NCBI GenBank assembly: GCA_030637025.1
Contig: DAOVVV010000011.1
Coordinates: 1 to 63,701 of the forward strand
From: Clostridia bacterium
GTDB lineage: Bacteria; CBDUZB01; JAGLHV01
Direction: 5' to 3'
Length of the DNA: 63,701 bases
The notes beneath the pieces were generated by a model that saw only the letters and a list, made by a program, of their open reading frames with translations, was not told the DNA's origin and did no database searches. Both the position numbers and the translations under genes were made by a program. Position 1 is the first letter of the stretch. Each line of letters starts with the position of its first letter. Below are positions 43,516 to 54,167 of this stretch, piece after piece.

Positions 43516-45708
43516 ATGGAAAGTAATAATCGGATAATTATTTTTTCCGGTCCGCAAAAAGGGATGGGAAAAACAATAATAAGTACTAATTTAGCTATAG
43601 ATTGGGCTATGAGATCTAGAAAACAGGTAGTACTTATTGATTTAGATCCCCTTTGTAAGGGAGAAATAGCCGGGATGTTGGGTGTTTCTGCTCATTATAT
43701 TTCAGAAATGTCGATAGTAATGCAAAGAGATACTTTGGATGGGGAATTCTTGAGAGGCCGGATAGGTTTTAATAAATGGGGAGTAGGTGTTTTAGCTTTA
43801 GCTCCGGACGAAAAAACAGCAGCAGAGCTTTCTTTAGGGCAAATAACCAGGACTTTAATTGGATTAAGTAGAATTTATTCTCTGGTAATAGATATGGATA
43901 GTGATATTACGCGAAAAGGAATGTTAATATTTGATTTTGCGGATGTAGTTTTTTGGATTTTTCTTCCTTCCAATGTTTTTCTCAAACAAACTATGGATAA
44001 AATGAAACTTCTTGCTTCTTATAAGTTTAGTTTTAGCAAATTTTGTTTTATTTTAAATCAATCTAATATAAAAGGGGCAATAAAAAGTGCGGAAATTAAT
44101 GCTGCTTTAAATAGTTTTGGAAAGAAAATTGAAGAGTTTATTCCACAAGATAAATTAGTTCCCCAGTCAGATAAGAAGAAAATACCTTTAGTTGTAAATG
44201 AACCACATACTATTTTTTCAGAAAGCATTAGAAGAATAAGAGGAATTATGCTTAATCTTCCGCCACGGGGCAGGAAAATAGAAGAAGTAAGTGTTTTAGA
44301 AGGGTTACTGGATAAATTTGACTTGGTGATTAAAAAGGAAAAAAAACAAAGCAAGGATTTTGTTGTTTCTAATTTGTCACCTGAAGAACTTTTAATAAAG
44401 GAAGAAGAAGAAAAGAAACGTACTGCATTAAAACAGAAGATTCATCAACAGTTGATTAAACGGTTGGATGTAAGAAAGATAGATTTGATTTCCAGTGCTA
44501 AAAATCAACAAGTAAAGATAATTGTTGAAAAAACGGCTACTTTTATTTTAAGTACGGAAATAGATGTTGATTCTATGTCCAGGCAAGAAAGAGAAGAATT
44601 AATTGCGGAGATAGTGGATGAAGCATTAGGTTTAGGCCCGTTAGAGGCTTTAATGTCGGAACCATCTATTACTGAAATTATGGTGAATAAATGTGATCAA
44701 ATTTATATTGAACAAGATGGTAGACTGCAGCTTACTGACCGGAAATTCATTAACAATGATCAGGTTATTCAGGTGATTAGAAAAATAGTTGCTCCTTTAG
44801 GCCGGAGAATAGATGAAAGTATGCCTTTTGTGGATGCCCGGCTTAAAGATGGTTCTAGAATAAATGCGATTATTCCTCCTTTGGCTTTACAGGGTCCGAT
44901 GCTTACTATTAGACGTTTTCCCCAGGACCCTTTGACCGGAGAAGATTTAGTAGAAATAGGTACTTTTAGCAAAGAAATGCTTCAATTTTTATCTGCATGT
45001 ATTAAGATAAGAAAGAATGTACTTGTCTCCGGAGGTACGGGAACAGGTAAAACTACTATGTTGAATATTTTATCAGCTTCTATTCCTGAAAAAGAAAGAA
45101 TTATTACCATAGAAGATACTGCTGAACTAAAGTTAAAACAAGAACATGTGGGGCGGTTAGAATCACGGCCGTCTAATGTTGAAGGGAAGGGAGCAGTCTC
45201 TATACGTGACTTAGTAAGAAATACTTTGCGTATGCGTCCGGACCGTATTATTGTAGGTGAATGTCGCGGGGCTGAAGCATTAGATATGTTGCAGGCAATG
45301 AATACGGGGCATGAAGGTTCGATGTCGACTATACATGCGAATACACCCCGGGATATGCTGAGCAGATTGGAGACGATGATACTTATGTCCGGAACGGAAT
45401 TACCTTTACGGGCAATTCGGGAACAAATTGCTTCTGCTATACATATTGTAGTCCAATTATCTCGTTTTTCGGATGGAACAAGAAAAGTAGTTAAAATAAC
45501 CGAAGTGACCGGTAGAGAAAAAGATGTTATAACAGTGCAGGATATTTTTATTTTTCACCGGACAGAGATAAAAGATAAAAAAATAATGGGATATTTTCAA
45601 CCTACGGGAAATGTTCCACGGTGTTATTATGAATTTAGAACACAAGGAATTAATTTGCCTGTGGAAATATTTCGGGTCAAAAAAAATGAAAAAGCTTTAA
45701 ATCCGTGA
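43516..45708 (+). CDS. cpaF: CpaE/TadZ (MinD-like) - CpaF/TadA ATPase fusion
   Basis: N-terminal KGMGKT...NLA...VVLIDLD. C-terminal GLGPLE, SGGTGTGKTT, IEDTAEL, LRMRPDRIIVGE.RG.E and MNTGHEGSMSTIHAN. Confidence 0.9.
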   Translation: MESNNRIIIFSGPQKGMGKTIISTNLAIDWAMRSRKQVVLIDLDPLCKGEIAGMLGVSAHYISEMSIVMQRDTLDGEFLRGRIGFNKWGVGVLALAPDEKTAAELSLGQITRTLIGLSRIYSLVIDMDSDITRKGMLIFDFADVVFWIFLPSNVFLKQTMDKMKLLASYKFSFSKFCFILNQSNIKGAIKSAEINAALNSFGKKIEEFIPQDKLVPQSDKKKIPLVVNEPHTIFSESIRRIRGIMLNLPPRGRKIEEVSVLEGLLDKFDLVIKKEKKQSKDFVVSNLSPEELLIKEEEEKKRTALKQKIHQQLIKRLDVRKIDLISSAKNQQVKIIVEKTATFILSTEIDVDSMSRQEREELIAEIVDEALGLGPLEALMSEPSITEIMVNKCDQIYIEQDGRLQLTDRKFINNDQVIQVIRKIVAPLGRRIDESMPFVDARLKDGSRINAIIPPLALQGPMLTIRRFPQDPLTGEDLVEIGTFSKEMLQFLSACIKIRKNVLVSGGTGTGKTTMLNILSASIPEKERIITIEDTAELKLKQEHVGRLESRPSNVEGKGAVSIRDLVRNTLRMRPDRIIVGECRGAEALDMLQAMNTGHEGSMSTIHANTPRDMLSRLETMILMSGTELPLRAIREQIASAIHIVVQLSRFSDGTRKVVKITEVTGREKDVITVQDIFIFHRTEIKDKKIMGYFQPTGNVPRCYYEFRTQGINLPVEIFRVKKNEKALNP

Positions 45709-45744
45709 AAAGGATTAAAATGAAATTTAAGGAGTTTTAATAGT

Positions 45745-46608
45745 ATGGTTTTATTAAAAGGAATCTCAATGTTTTTATTTGCTTTTGGGTTGTGGTTAAT
45801 ATTAACATTTGTTTATCAGACAGTAAGCTTTTTTTATTTGCGGTATAAAGGGTATTATGAACAAATGGTAACTAAAACAACTTCTGAGCTGGGAGGGATG
45901 TTTATTAAAGTTAAAGAGAAACAAATGGGATTTTTTTTAATTTTAGGAATGCTAATGATCGGAGTATTTGTTTATTTTATGACAAACAATATAGTGCTGG
46001 CTATTTTTGCCGTAGCCGGGAGTGCGGCTTTACCTCGGTTGTTCGTGCAGTTTGCCAGGATGAAGCGTATTAAAAAATTTGAGGAACAATTAATAGAGGC
46101 ATTAATATTGCTTTCTAATGCGCTAAAAGCAGGTCTTGATTTAACCCAGGGAATGCAATTAATTGTTCGGGATATGCCTTCTCCGATTTCTGATGAATTT
46201 AGATTAGTACTGCAAGAAACGAATATCGGTTCTCCGTTAGAAAATAGTTTAGAAAACTTAGCGAAGCGCATTAATAGTGAGTTGGTACAGTTTATTGTAA
46301 CAGCAATGGTTATTCAGCGAGAATCAGGGGGAGATATCACGAAAATTTTGGATCAGGTTGTTCGTTCTATTAGAGATAATTATACGTTATTGAGAAAAGT
46401 TCAGGTTTTGACTGCACAAGGAATATTGGAATCTATTGTATCTTTTATCCTTCCCTGGGGGTTGGCCGCGGCTTTATCTGTACTGCAACCGGGATTTATG
46501 AGTCCTTTATTTAATAATCCTATAGGTATAATTGTATTGATAGCAGCTACGGGATGGCAAATTATAGGTATTTTTATTGTTTTTAAGATGTCCAAAATAA
46601 AGGTGTAA
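45745..46608 (+). CDS. tadB: TadB (T2SS F family)
   Basis: FEEQL.EAL.LL.NALKAG, IQRESGG and V.VLTAQG motifs, plus gene position. Confidence 0.9.
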   Translation: MVLLKGISMFLFAFGLWLILTFVYQTVSFFYLRYKGYYEQMVTKTTSELGGMFIKVKEKQMGFFLILGMLMIGVFVYFMTNNIVLAIFAVAGSAALPRLFVQFARMKRIKKFEEQLIEALILLSNALKAGLDLTQGMQLIVRDMPSPISDEFRLVLQETNIGSPLENSLENLAKRINSELVQFIVTAMVIQRESGGDITKILDQVVRSIRDNYTLLRKVQVLTAQGILESIVSFILPWGLAAALSVLQPGFMSPLFNNPIGIIVLIAATGWQIIGIFIVFKMSKIKV

Positions 46609-46702
46609 AAATTTTTAATATAAATAAGCATAATTTTATTAATTATAATTAAGTGTGCGAAGTCTTAATGAATAGAAATTAAATAATTAGGAAGGGGTAA
46701 GA

Positions 46703-47602
46703 ATGCCAATAGTAAGTACGGTTTTATTTTTCGTTGCTATTTTTCAAATAGTTTATTTTTTGTATTTACTGCGGGAAAAAAGGAACACGCTGGATAATTA
46801 TGCAGTGGAGGATTTGTATTCATTAGAAGGAGAAAAAGTAATAGAAAAGGAGAAAGGTGCGTTTAATGTCGTTAAAAAGGTTTTGAAAAAATTTAATAAA
46901 AAATTTTTTAAACAGGGAAAAATAAAAATGAGGATGGAACAGCAGCTGGCAAAATTAGGCGGTCAATCGCATCTTCGGCCCGGAGATATTTTAGTATTTA
47001 AAGAACTTTCAGTGGTTGGGGGTTGTATTGCCGCATTTCTTTTGTATAAAAAAGGTATAAGTAATCCTGTGATTTTAGTGGGTGTTGTGATATTAAGTTT
47101 TTTTGTTCCGGATTATTTTCTTTCAAAAAGGATAAAGGACAGAGAAGACAGTATTCGTATTTCTTTGCCGGGAGTGGTAGATCTTTTAACTTTATGCGTG
47201 GAGGCAGGAATGGATTTTATGTCAGCTTTTGAAAAAATAATTACGAAGCAAAAAAACACGAAGGAAGATCCATTTATTGAAGAGATTAATGTGATGTTGG
47301 GTGAAATAAGGATAGGTTTAACCAGAAGAGATGCCTTAAAAAATATGGCTAAGAGGATAGAGATTCCGGAAATTAGCGCTTTTATTTCCGTGCTTCTCCA
47401 AACAGAGGAATTAGGAACGGATCTGGTAAATATTATGCGTGATTATGCAGCAGAAATAAGGATGAAGCGTTTACAAATGGCTGAGAAAAAGGCAGCACAA
47501 ATTGGAACGAAAATGATATTTCCAATGATACTTTTTATTTTTCCGATGACTTTTGTAATAATTTTGGTTCCTTTGATTTTAAATTATTTTATGGGGAAGT
47601 AG
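46703..47602 (+). CDS. tadC: TadC (T2SS F family)
   Basis: LP..VDLL.LCVEAG, G.TRR.AL, AEKKA....KM.FPM..FIFP motifs. Confidence 0.9.
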   Translation: MPIVSTVLFFVAIFQIVYFLYLLREKRNTLDNYAVEDLYSLEGEKVIEKEKGAFNVVKKVLKKFNKKFFKQGKIKMRMEQQLAKLGGQSHLRPGDILVFKELSVVGGCIAAFLLYKKGISNPVILVGVVILSFFVPDYFLSKRIKDREDSIRISLPGVVDLLTLCVEAGMDFMSAFEKIITKQKNTKEDPFIEEINVMLGEIRIGLTRRDALKNMAKRIEIPEISAFISVLLQTEELGTDLVNIMRDYAAEIRMKRLQMAEKKAAQIGTKMIFPMILFIFPMTFVIILVPLILNYFMGK

Positions 47603-47952
47603 TGATAATAAAAAAAGTTTTTAATTTTACCCAAAATTGTTTTTTGGCAGAAAAGGCAGGGGAAGCAAACTCGTTTGTTTCGCGACTCGTTGGTTTAATG
47701 GGAAGGAAAAGGTTAAAGGAAAAAGAGGGTTTAATAATTTTAAAAACTTCATCGATTCATACGTTTTTTATGCGTTTTTCAATTGATGTGATTTTTTTTA
47801 ATAAAAAAGGAAAAATTATAAAAATTATTTCAGAGTTGAAGCCTTACAAAATGAGTCCGTGGGTTTGGGGTGCTTATGGAGTGATTGAACTTCCTGCCGG
47901 TAAAGTTTTTGAAACTAAAACCCAAAAAGGCGACCGTATAGAAATAAAATGA
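47602..47952 (+). CDS. DUF192 family protein
   Basis: RLVGLMGR, SIHTFFMRFSIDVIF and VIELPAG motifs. Commonly found next to tad loci. Confidence 0.85.
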   Translation: MIIKKVFNFTQNCFLAEKAGEANSFVSRLVGLMGRKRLKEKEGLIILKTSSIHTFFMRFSIDVIFFNKKGKIIKIISELKPYKMSPWVWGAYGVIELPAGKVFETKTQKGDRIEIK

Positions 47953-48031
47953 ATTTTAATATTCGTTGTCTGTAAATTTAGTATTTATTGATATTTAAAA
48001 GATTATAAATTGTAAAAGAGAGGTAAAGTTA

Positions 48032-49291
48032 GTGAAAATAACTGTCGTAGGTAAAGTAATTGTTATAATAATATGTTTTGTAAATATTAGTATTTCGTGT
48101 TTATTTGCCAGTAAAAAAAGTGCCGAAATTGATAAAATGCTTAGAATGGATCCTTTTTTAAGAGGGGAGGATAAAGTCGTTTATCAAAAGATAGTTCAGG
48201 AAAAAGAAAATGAAATAATGAAAAATATGTTCAGTTTTTTATACAAAGATGCTATTTCAGCCTATAAGGAAAATAGATTTGGAGATGCCTTGATAGGAGT
48301 AAAAGAAATGTTGCTTCTTGATCCGAAAAATAAAAAAATTTCAATTTTTAGAGAAGGGATTAAGGAGATAATTAATTATGGGGGAACAAAGAAAGCAAAG
48401 AAAAAAGTTATTGAGCGATATTATCAAAGGGGATTAGATTGTTATACTCAGGGAGATTTGGTAAAGGCTGTTGAACTTTGGCAAAAAACACTTGTACTTA
48501 GTCCGGGATATAAAGATTGTAAAAATTTAATAAAAAGGGCAAGGAAACATTTAACAGAAGTGTATTACCAGGAAGGATTGAATTTTTATAAAGGGAGGAA
48601 ATATGCCCTGGCTTTGGGGAAATGGTATATTGTAGCAAAAATTGATCCTAATTATGGTAATGTGCTTGATCTTATTCAAATCGCTAAAGAGGAAGTTTTT
48701 AAGCAAAAAGTAGATAGTTTATATAAAAAGGGGCATGCTCTTCGTAAAGCAGGAAAATTAGAAAAGTCTTTAGAAGTATTTAAAAAATTACTGGCATTGT
48801 CTCCCCGGAATAAGAGAGGATTAGCAGGAAAGAAGGAAATAAAAAGTAGTTTAATTTCTCTTTATTTTAATAAAGGTAAAAAATATTTTAAGAATAAAAG
48901 TTTTAAAAAAGCTATTAAGTTTTTTAAAAATGCATTGCGCTTTAGTCCGGGTTCTACCAAAATACTCAATTATTTGTCAAAAGCAAGGGAACAACAGGCT
49001 CTTCTTGCTTTAAAACCAAAGCCAAAAATAAAAGCACAAGTAGAAGAAATTACTTTGTTTTCTGAGAAAAAATCTACTGATTTGGCTAAAATAAAAAAAC
49101 GGGAAATAACTCAGGCGGATATTGAGGAAGCGGAAAAACATTATATTACAGGCTTATATTATTACCAGAATGGATTTTTAGAAGAAGCTGTTGCTGAATG
49201 GGAAACGGTTTTAAGGATTAATCCCCGTCACGATAAAACAAGAACAAGTCTTAAAAAAGTTAAAGGGGAATTACGAAAATTAAGATATTAG
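48032..49291 (+). CDS. Exported TPR-repeat protein (TadD-like position)
   Basis: N-terminal hydrophobic segment and repeated Y..G..YY..G...A...W...L...P units. Confidence 0.75.
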   Translation: MKITVVGKVIVIIICFVNISISCLFASKKSAEIDKMLRMDPFLRGEDKVVYQKIVQEKENEIMKNMFSFLYKDAISAYKENRFGDALIGVKEMLLLDPKNKKISIFREGIKEIINYGGTKKAKKKVIERYYQRGLDCYTQGDLVKAVELWQKTLVLSPGYKDCKNLIKRARKHLTEVYYQEGLNFYKGRKYALALGKWYIVAKIDPNYGNVLDLIQIAKEEVFKQKVDSLYKKGHALRKAGKLEKSLEVFKKLLALSPRNKRGLAGKKEIKSSLISLYFNKGKKYFKNKSFKKAIKFFKNALRFSPGSTKILNYLSKAREQQALLALKPKPKIKAQVEEITLFSEKKSTDLAKIKKREITQADIEEAEKHYITGLYYYQNGFLEEAVAEWETVLRINPRHDKTRTSLKKVKGELRKLRY

Positions 49292-49312
49292 ATAATAAAG
49301 GGAAAATAAAAA

Positions 49313-50485
49313 ATGTTTTTTAAAAAATTGTCCAGTAAAAATAGTTCTCAAAAAGACAAAAAATCAAAAGCTAAAAATTTTTTTCTTTCTAAAATCGCCA
49401 ATAAGTTAGGTCTTGGTTTATTAAGTCTTAAATTTACTTTTTTATTTGTAATATTACTTTTAATCATTTTATTTATGGGGAAAATAGCAATAATTGATTA
49501 TAGAAAGAGTGGTTTAGAGGAAGAACTTCAAAAAAAAGGACAGGTTTTAGCTAAAATTTTTACTCCCTGGTGTATAAAGGCGCTGGAAGAACAGGATGAT
49601 ATTTTCTTATTGAATATATTGAATTCTTTGCGGCAGCAGGAAGATATAATGTACAATGTTGTTTTGGATGAAAAAGGAATAGTTATTGGTCATACCAATG
49701 TTTATAAATTGGGGAAAGAATATAATGATGATATTACCCGAAAAGCTTTAGGAGCCAGTAAGATTTTAATACAATCGTATCGCAGGGGAAATAAGGATTT
49801 GTACGATTATGGAATTCCTTTGTTAAGTTTAGGCGAAAAGTTAGGAGTTTTACGTTTTGGTTTATCGAGGGAGAATGTAGACATGGAATTAGAACATTTT
49901 GCTTCGAGAATAAAATTCTTTATGTGGGTAATCATTCTTTTGTTAGGAACGGAAGTGTTTTTTTTAGTCAATTATAAAATATCCAAACCTTTAATTAAGA
50001 TTAAAGAAGCGGTAAATTTATTAGGGGGGCAATATTTCGAATATAAGGTTCCCGTGGAAACTAATGATGAAATAGGAGGAATATCAAAAGGTATAGAAAA
50101 TTTTATTGGGCAAATAAAAAGAGAGCTGGAGTTTCAGGAGGAAAAAAATAAAAGGGGTTCATTGTTGGAAATAAAAAGATTGGGGGAAATGTTAAATGTT
50201 CTGCTGGAAAATACCGATAAAAAGGTATTGGTTGCTGATGTAAATAATAATGTAGTTTTTTCTAATATAGAGACACAAGAAGATAAAATGGTGGGGGGCC
50301 ATTTATTGGATATAATTAAGGAAAAAGATTTTGTTGCGTTATTAAATGATGCTTTTAGCAAAAGAGGAGAAATTGTAAAAGAGATTATAAATTTTTCAGG
50401 CAAAAAAAGAGTAAGTATCTTAACTTTAGCTAATGAAGAAGAAAGAGGTCCAAAAACAATAGTTGTTTTGGAAAATATACTATAA
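49313..50485 (+). CDS. Membrane sensor-like protein (periplasmic Cache-like + HAMP + PAS-like), no output domain
   Basis: Two TM helices. The periplasmic part resembles that of the SpoIIE protein (YDYGIPL...LGVLRFG.S). HAMP NDEIG. No kinase, cyclase or phosphatase motifs. Confidence 0.65.
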   Translation: MFFKKLSSKNSSQKDKKSKAKNFFLSKIANKLGLGLLSLKFTFLFVILLLIILFMGKIAIIDYRKSGLEEELQKKGQVLAKIFTPWCIKALEEQDDIFLLNILNSLRQQEDIMYNVVLDEKGIVIGHTNVYKLGKEYNDDITRKALGASKILIQSYRRGNKDLYDYGIPLLSLGEKLGVLRFGLSRENVDMELEHFASRIKFFMWVIILLLGTEVFFLVNYKISKPLIKIKEAVNLLGGQYFEYKVPVETNDEIGGISKGIENFIGQIKRELEFQEEKNKRGSLLEIKRLGEMLNVLLENTDKKVLVADVNNNVVFSNIETQEDKMVGGHLLDIIKEKDFVALLNDAFSKRGEIVKEIINFSGKKRVSILTLANEEERGPKTIVVLENIL

Positions 50486-50522
50486 GGTAATAAAAAAAAG
50501 GAGGTTTTTAAATTTTTAAAAA

Positions 50523-50804
50523 ATGTTAATAAAATTAAAAAAAATAGAAAGCAGTTCAGTAGTTAAATGTAGCAGTGTTGTTTTTTTTATGTTAGGATTG
50601 GTAATTGGAATAATCTCTTTTGTTTATGCGTTATTTACGCAAAGCTTGACAGCCGGCGGGATATTAGTTGGGTTTTTGGCTATAATTCTTTACGCAGTAA
50701 TTTTTAGTATAATTACTTCTATAGTAGCTGTTTTAATCAGTTTGTTTTATAATATAGCACTAACCAAACTGGGTGGAATTAAAGTTGTAATTGAATCGGA
50801 ATAA
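50523..50804 (+). CDS. Small two-TM membrane protein (DUF3566-like)
   Basis: LKKI...SV.K, two TM helices and LFYN....K.GGIKV. Confidence 0.6.
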   Translation: MLIKLKKIESSSVVKCSSVVFFMLGLVIGIISFVYALFTQSLTAGGILVGFLAIILYAVIFSIITSIVAVLISLFYNIALTKLGGIKVVIESE

Positions 50805-50860
50805 AAAAGATAATTTAAATGAGGAGAAAAGAAAACTTTTGAAAACTAAATTTTAAAATA

Positions 50861-52486
50861 ATGAAACTGGAAGAAAGAACGAGTATTTTTTATAAATTTA
50901 AGACAAAATATTTATTAGTTAGTTATCTTTTTGGGTTTGTTGCTTATTTGAGTTTAAGAAAAATAGGATCTTTAGACCTTTGGTGGCATTTACGTACCGG
51001 GCAATATATTGTTTCTCAAAAAGTCTTTCCCTACCGTAATATTTTTTCTCATAGTGCTCCGTCTCATTTTTGGATTGCTTATAGTTGGCTAACAGAAATA
51101 ATTTTTTACTATGTAAGCATAATAGGTTTTAACTGGCTGCTTATTTTAAAAACGTGTTTAATGCTAAGTACTTTTGTAATAGTTTTTAAAACAACCTATG
51201 AGTCGTCATATAAAAATTTTAATCTCTCAATCGTGATTACTCTTTTAATGGCGTTTGTTTCTTCGTCTTCCTGGGTGATGCGACCTCAACTTTTTTCTTT
51301 TCTGTTTACTGCTTTTTTTGTCTATATCCTGCATAAATTTGAAAGTAACGGTGAAAAAAAAATACTTTGGTTTATTCCTTTAATAATGCTTTTTTGGGTA
51401 AACTTACATGTTTATTTTGTGATAGGTTTCTTTTTAGTTTTGGTACATTTGTTAGGTAGTGCTTTTCGAAGTTGGTTTTTGTCCGGTGAGAATAAAGAAG
51501 AAGAAATAAAAAAGCGGAAAGTGCTATTTAAAATAATAGCGGTTAGTTTGTTTGTTTGTCTTATTAATCCTTATACCTATCGTATATTTTGGGAAGTAAT
51601 TCGACTTTTCGGTCAACACTGGGCGAGAGAAAATATTACCGAACTCCAGTCGCCCAACTTTCATTCTATCATTCCTATGTTTTTTGAAATAATGTTATTT
51701 CTTTTGATATTTTCCCTTTCTGTAGCAAAGAAAAGGCCTTCTTTCGTTGAGTTAGTTCTTTTTTCAGCGTTTACTTATCAGGCATTCTATTCTCTTCGTG
51801 ATTTACCTTTTTGGGCTATTGTCATGGCTCCTATGTTGGGCCGCTATTTAGGGGAATTTCTTATATATTTTAAAAAAAGTAAAAATTTGGTACAAAATAA
51901 AATTCAAATAGATGTATCTGAAAATTTTATAGATAAATTTTTAAAAAAAACATATCCTTTTATTAATGGGTTTCTATTAGTACTTTTGATTGGGGTAATT
52001 GGGTGTAGTTTTCTAAAAAACAAAAAATTCGAATCTTGTGTAGATATAAAATACTTTCCCCTGGGAGCAGTAGAATTTATTAAAGAAAACAATTTGCCCG
52101 GGAGAATGTTTAATTCTTTTAATTGGGGGGGGTATTTAATTTATTCTCTTTATCCGGAATGGAAAGTATCTATAGATGGAAGAACTCAGGCTTACGGAGA
52201 TAAGTTTTTAACCGATTATAGTGCTATTTGGAAACTTTCGATGGGATGGGAAAAAAAATTTAAAAAACATAAAATAAATTTTATCCTCTGGCCCGCAAAA
52301 ACTCCTTTGACTGAAATTTTTTTGTTAATAAATGATTGGAAATTAATTTATTTTGATGAGGTAGCAGTTATATTCATAAAAGATATTCCGCAAAACAGGG
52401 GAATTATTAGAAAATATAATGAAAAGGTAAGAATAAAAATGGAAAAAGCGGGAATTGAAGAAAAAAACAAAAACGCAGATAGGTAA
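50861..52486 (+). CDS. Multi-pass membrane protein, putative GT-C glycosyltransferase (paralog 1)
   Basis: DLWWHLRTGQYI, W.AYSWL, RPQLFSF, LFWVNLH, INPY, E.QSP, WGGYL and IDGRT motifs. Confidence 0.65.
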   Translation: MKLEERTSIFYKFKTKYLLVSYLFGFVAYLSLRKIGSLDLWWHLRTGQYIVSQKVFPYRNIFSHSAPSHFWIAYSWLTEIIFYYVSIIGFNWLLILKTCLMLSTFVIVFKTTYESSYKNFNLSIVITLLMAFVSSSSWVMRPQLFSFLFTAFFVYILHKFESNGEKKILWFIPLIMLFWVNLHVYFVIGFFLVLVHLLGSAFRSWFLSGENKEEEIKKRKVLFKIIAVSLFVCLINPYTYRIFWEVIRLFGQHWARENITELQSPNFHSIIPMFFEIMLFLLIFSLSVAKKRPSFVELVLFSAFTYQAFYSLRDLPFWAIVMAPMLGRYLGEFLIYFKKSKNLVQNKIQIDVSENFIDKFLKKTYPFINGFLLVLLIGVIGCSFLKNKKFESCVDIKYFPLGAVEFIKENNLPGRMFNSFNWGGYLIYSLYPEWKVSIDGRTQAYGDKFLTDYSAIWKLSMGWEKKFKKHKINFILWPAKTPLTEIFLLINDWKLIYFDEVAVIFIKDIPQNRGIIRKYNEKVRIKMEKAGIEEKNKNADR

Positions 52487-52500
52487 AAGGATAAAAAGAA

Positions 52501-54096
52501 ATGGAAAAACTAAATAAATTAAATTTTTTTAAAGGTTTAACTACTAAACGGTTGCTTGCAATTTATTTTTTTGGGATGATTTTTGTGGCTGGTTTTGGTG
52601 TAAAAATGTTTGAAGCGGATATCTGGCGTCATCTTGCAACCGGAAAATATATTCTTCAAAATAATACATTTCCTCAAACAGAAATTTTTTCCTATACTGC
52701 TTTGTCTAAATCATGGATGGCATATAGTTGGTTATCGGATATAATTTTTTATAAAATTAGCCTTTTAGGAATAAATTGGTTAATAATATTAAGAGTGTTT
52801 TTAGTTGCCGTTACTTTAGGCATAATTTTAAAAGGAATTTATAATCGTACGGAAAACTTTAATTTATCTGTCTTGGCCGGTTTTATGATTATTCTTGCTT
52901 TTACTCCCGCATGGGAGGAAAGGCCGCAACTTTTTTCCTTTGTATTTACCGGTCTATTTAGTTACATTCTTTCAGAATATAAATATAGAAACAAAGATTA
53001 TCTTTGGCTTTTACCGGGTATTATGTTGTTTTGGGTGAATTTACATATTTATTTTATAATCGGGTGGATACTTATGGGGGGATATATTGTAGGGGAATAT
53101 TTCAGGAATTGGTTTGATTGGTCGGATAATCCACGCTTATCTTACGGGCAAATAAAGAAATTAATGAAGATATTATTGATAAGTATAGTGGTTTGTTTTC
53201 TCAATCCATATACTTATCGTATTTTCTTCCAGGTATATGAGTTTGTTACTATGGGATCTACCGTAGTAGAGATTTCCGGAGAGATGTCTTCTCCCGACTT
53301 TCATGTGTTATTCATTTTTGCTTTTGAAATACTACTGTTTATTGCTTTTTTATCCTTAATTTGTTCTCCCCGTCGTCCTGATTTTACTGAGTGGTGTGTT
53401 TTTTTCGGTTTTACCTATCAAACCTTGTATGCTGCTCGTAATATGCCATTTTGGGGAATTGTTGCTGCTCCGATTTTTGTGCCCTATTTAGACGATGTAG
53501 TTAAATTAATTTCAAATAAATTTAAAAAAAGGATTAAAATTGATTTTACCGAAAAAAGCAAACCGTCTGTAGAAGTAGTTCTGAAAAAATATCATTGGTT
53601 GTTTAATTGGGTGTTACTTGTTTTTTTGATAGGTGGTATTAGTTTGCGTTTTCCTTATAATAAAGAAATTAAATATTTGGCAAAGGAAAAGGCTTATCCA
53701 ATAGCATCTGTTGAATTTATCAAGGAGAATAAATTACCCGGGAGAATGTTTAATCCTTTACTCTGGGGGTCATATTTAATTTACACATTGTACCCACAAT
53801 ACAGGGTTGCTATTGATGGAAGGACACAGGTATACGGGGAGGAATTTCTCCGGGAATATCGTAAAGTACATTTTATCAAAAATGGTTGGAACGATGTTCT
53901 TGAAAAATATAAAGTTAACTTTATTCTCTGGAAAAAAAGAGAACCACTTACTCAAATATTAATAAAAGATACAAATTGGGAATTAATTTATCAAGATAAA
54001 TGGGCTGTGATATTTATTAAGGATGTAATAGATAACAAGGAAATAATAGAAAAATTTGGACGGCAAATATTGGATGAAAGTGAGATTGAATTTTAA
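52501..54096 (+). CDS. Multi-pass membrane protein, putative GT-C glycosyltransferase (paralog 2)
   Basis: Same motif set as the preceding gene, consistent with tandem duplication. Confidence 0.65.
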   Translation: MEKLNKLNFFKGLTTKRLLAIYFFGMIFVAGFGVKMFEADIWRHLATGKYILQNNTFPQTEIFSYTALSKSWMAYSWLSDIIFYKISLLGINWLIILRVFLVAVTLGIILKGIYNRTENFNLSVLAGFMIILAFTPAWEERPQLFSFVFTGLFSYILSEYKYRNKDYLWLLPGIMLFWVNLHIYFIIGWILMGGYIVGEYFRNWFDWSDNPRLSYGQIKKLMKILLISIVVCFLNPYTYRIFFQVYEFVTMGSTVVEISGEMSSPDFHVLFIFAFEILLFIAFLSLICSPRRPDFTEWCVFFGFTYQTLYAARNMPFWGIVAAPIFVPYLDDVVKLISNKFKKRIKIDFTEKSKPSVEVVLKKYHWLFNWVLLVFLIGGISLRFPYNKEIKYLAKEKAYPIASVEFIKENKLPGRMFNPLLWGSYLIYTLYPQYRVAIDGRTQVYGEEFLREYRKVHFIKNGWNDVLEKYKVNFILWKKREPLTQILIKDTNWELIYQDKWAVIFIKDVIDNKEIIEKFGRQILDESEIEF

Positions 54097-54167
54097 TAAA
54101 TGCAAATAAATTTAATGGGGAAAGCCGATTATTATTTGGGATAACCTATGAGACAAAACGGACTTAT

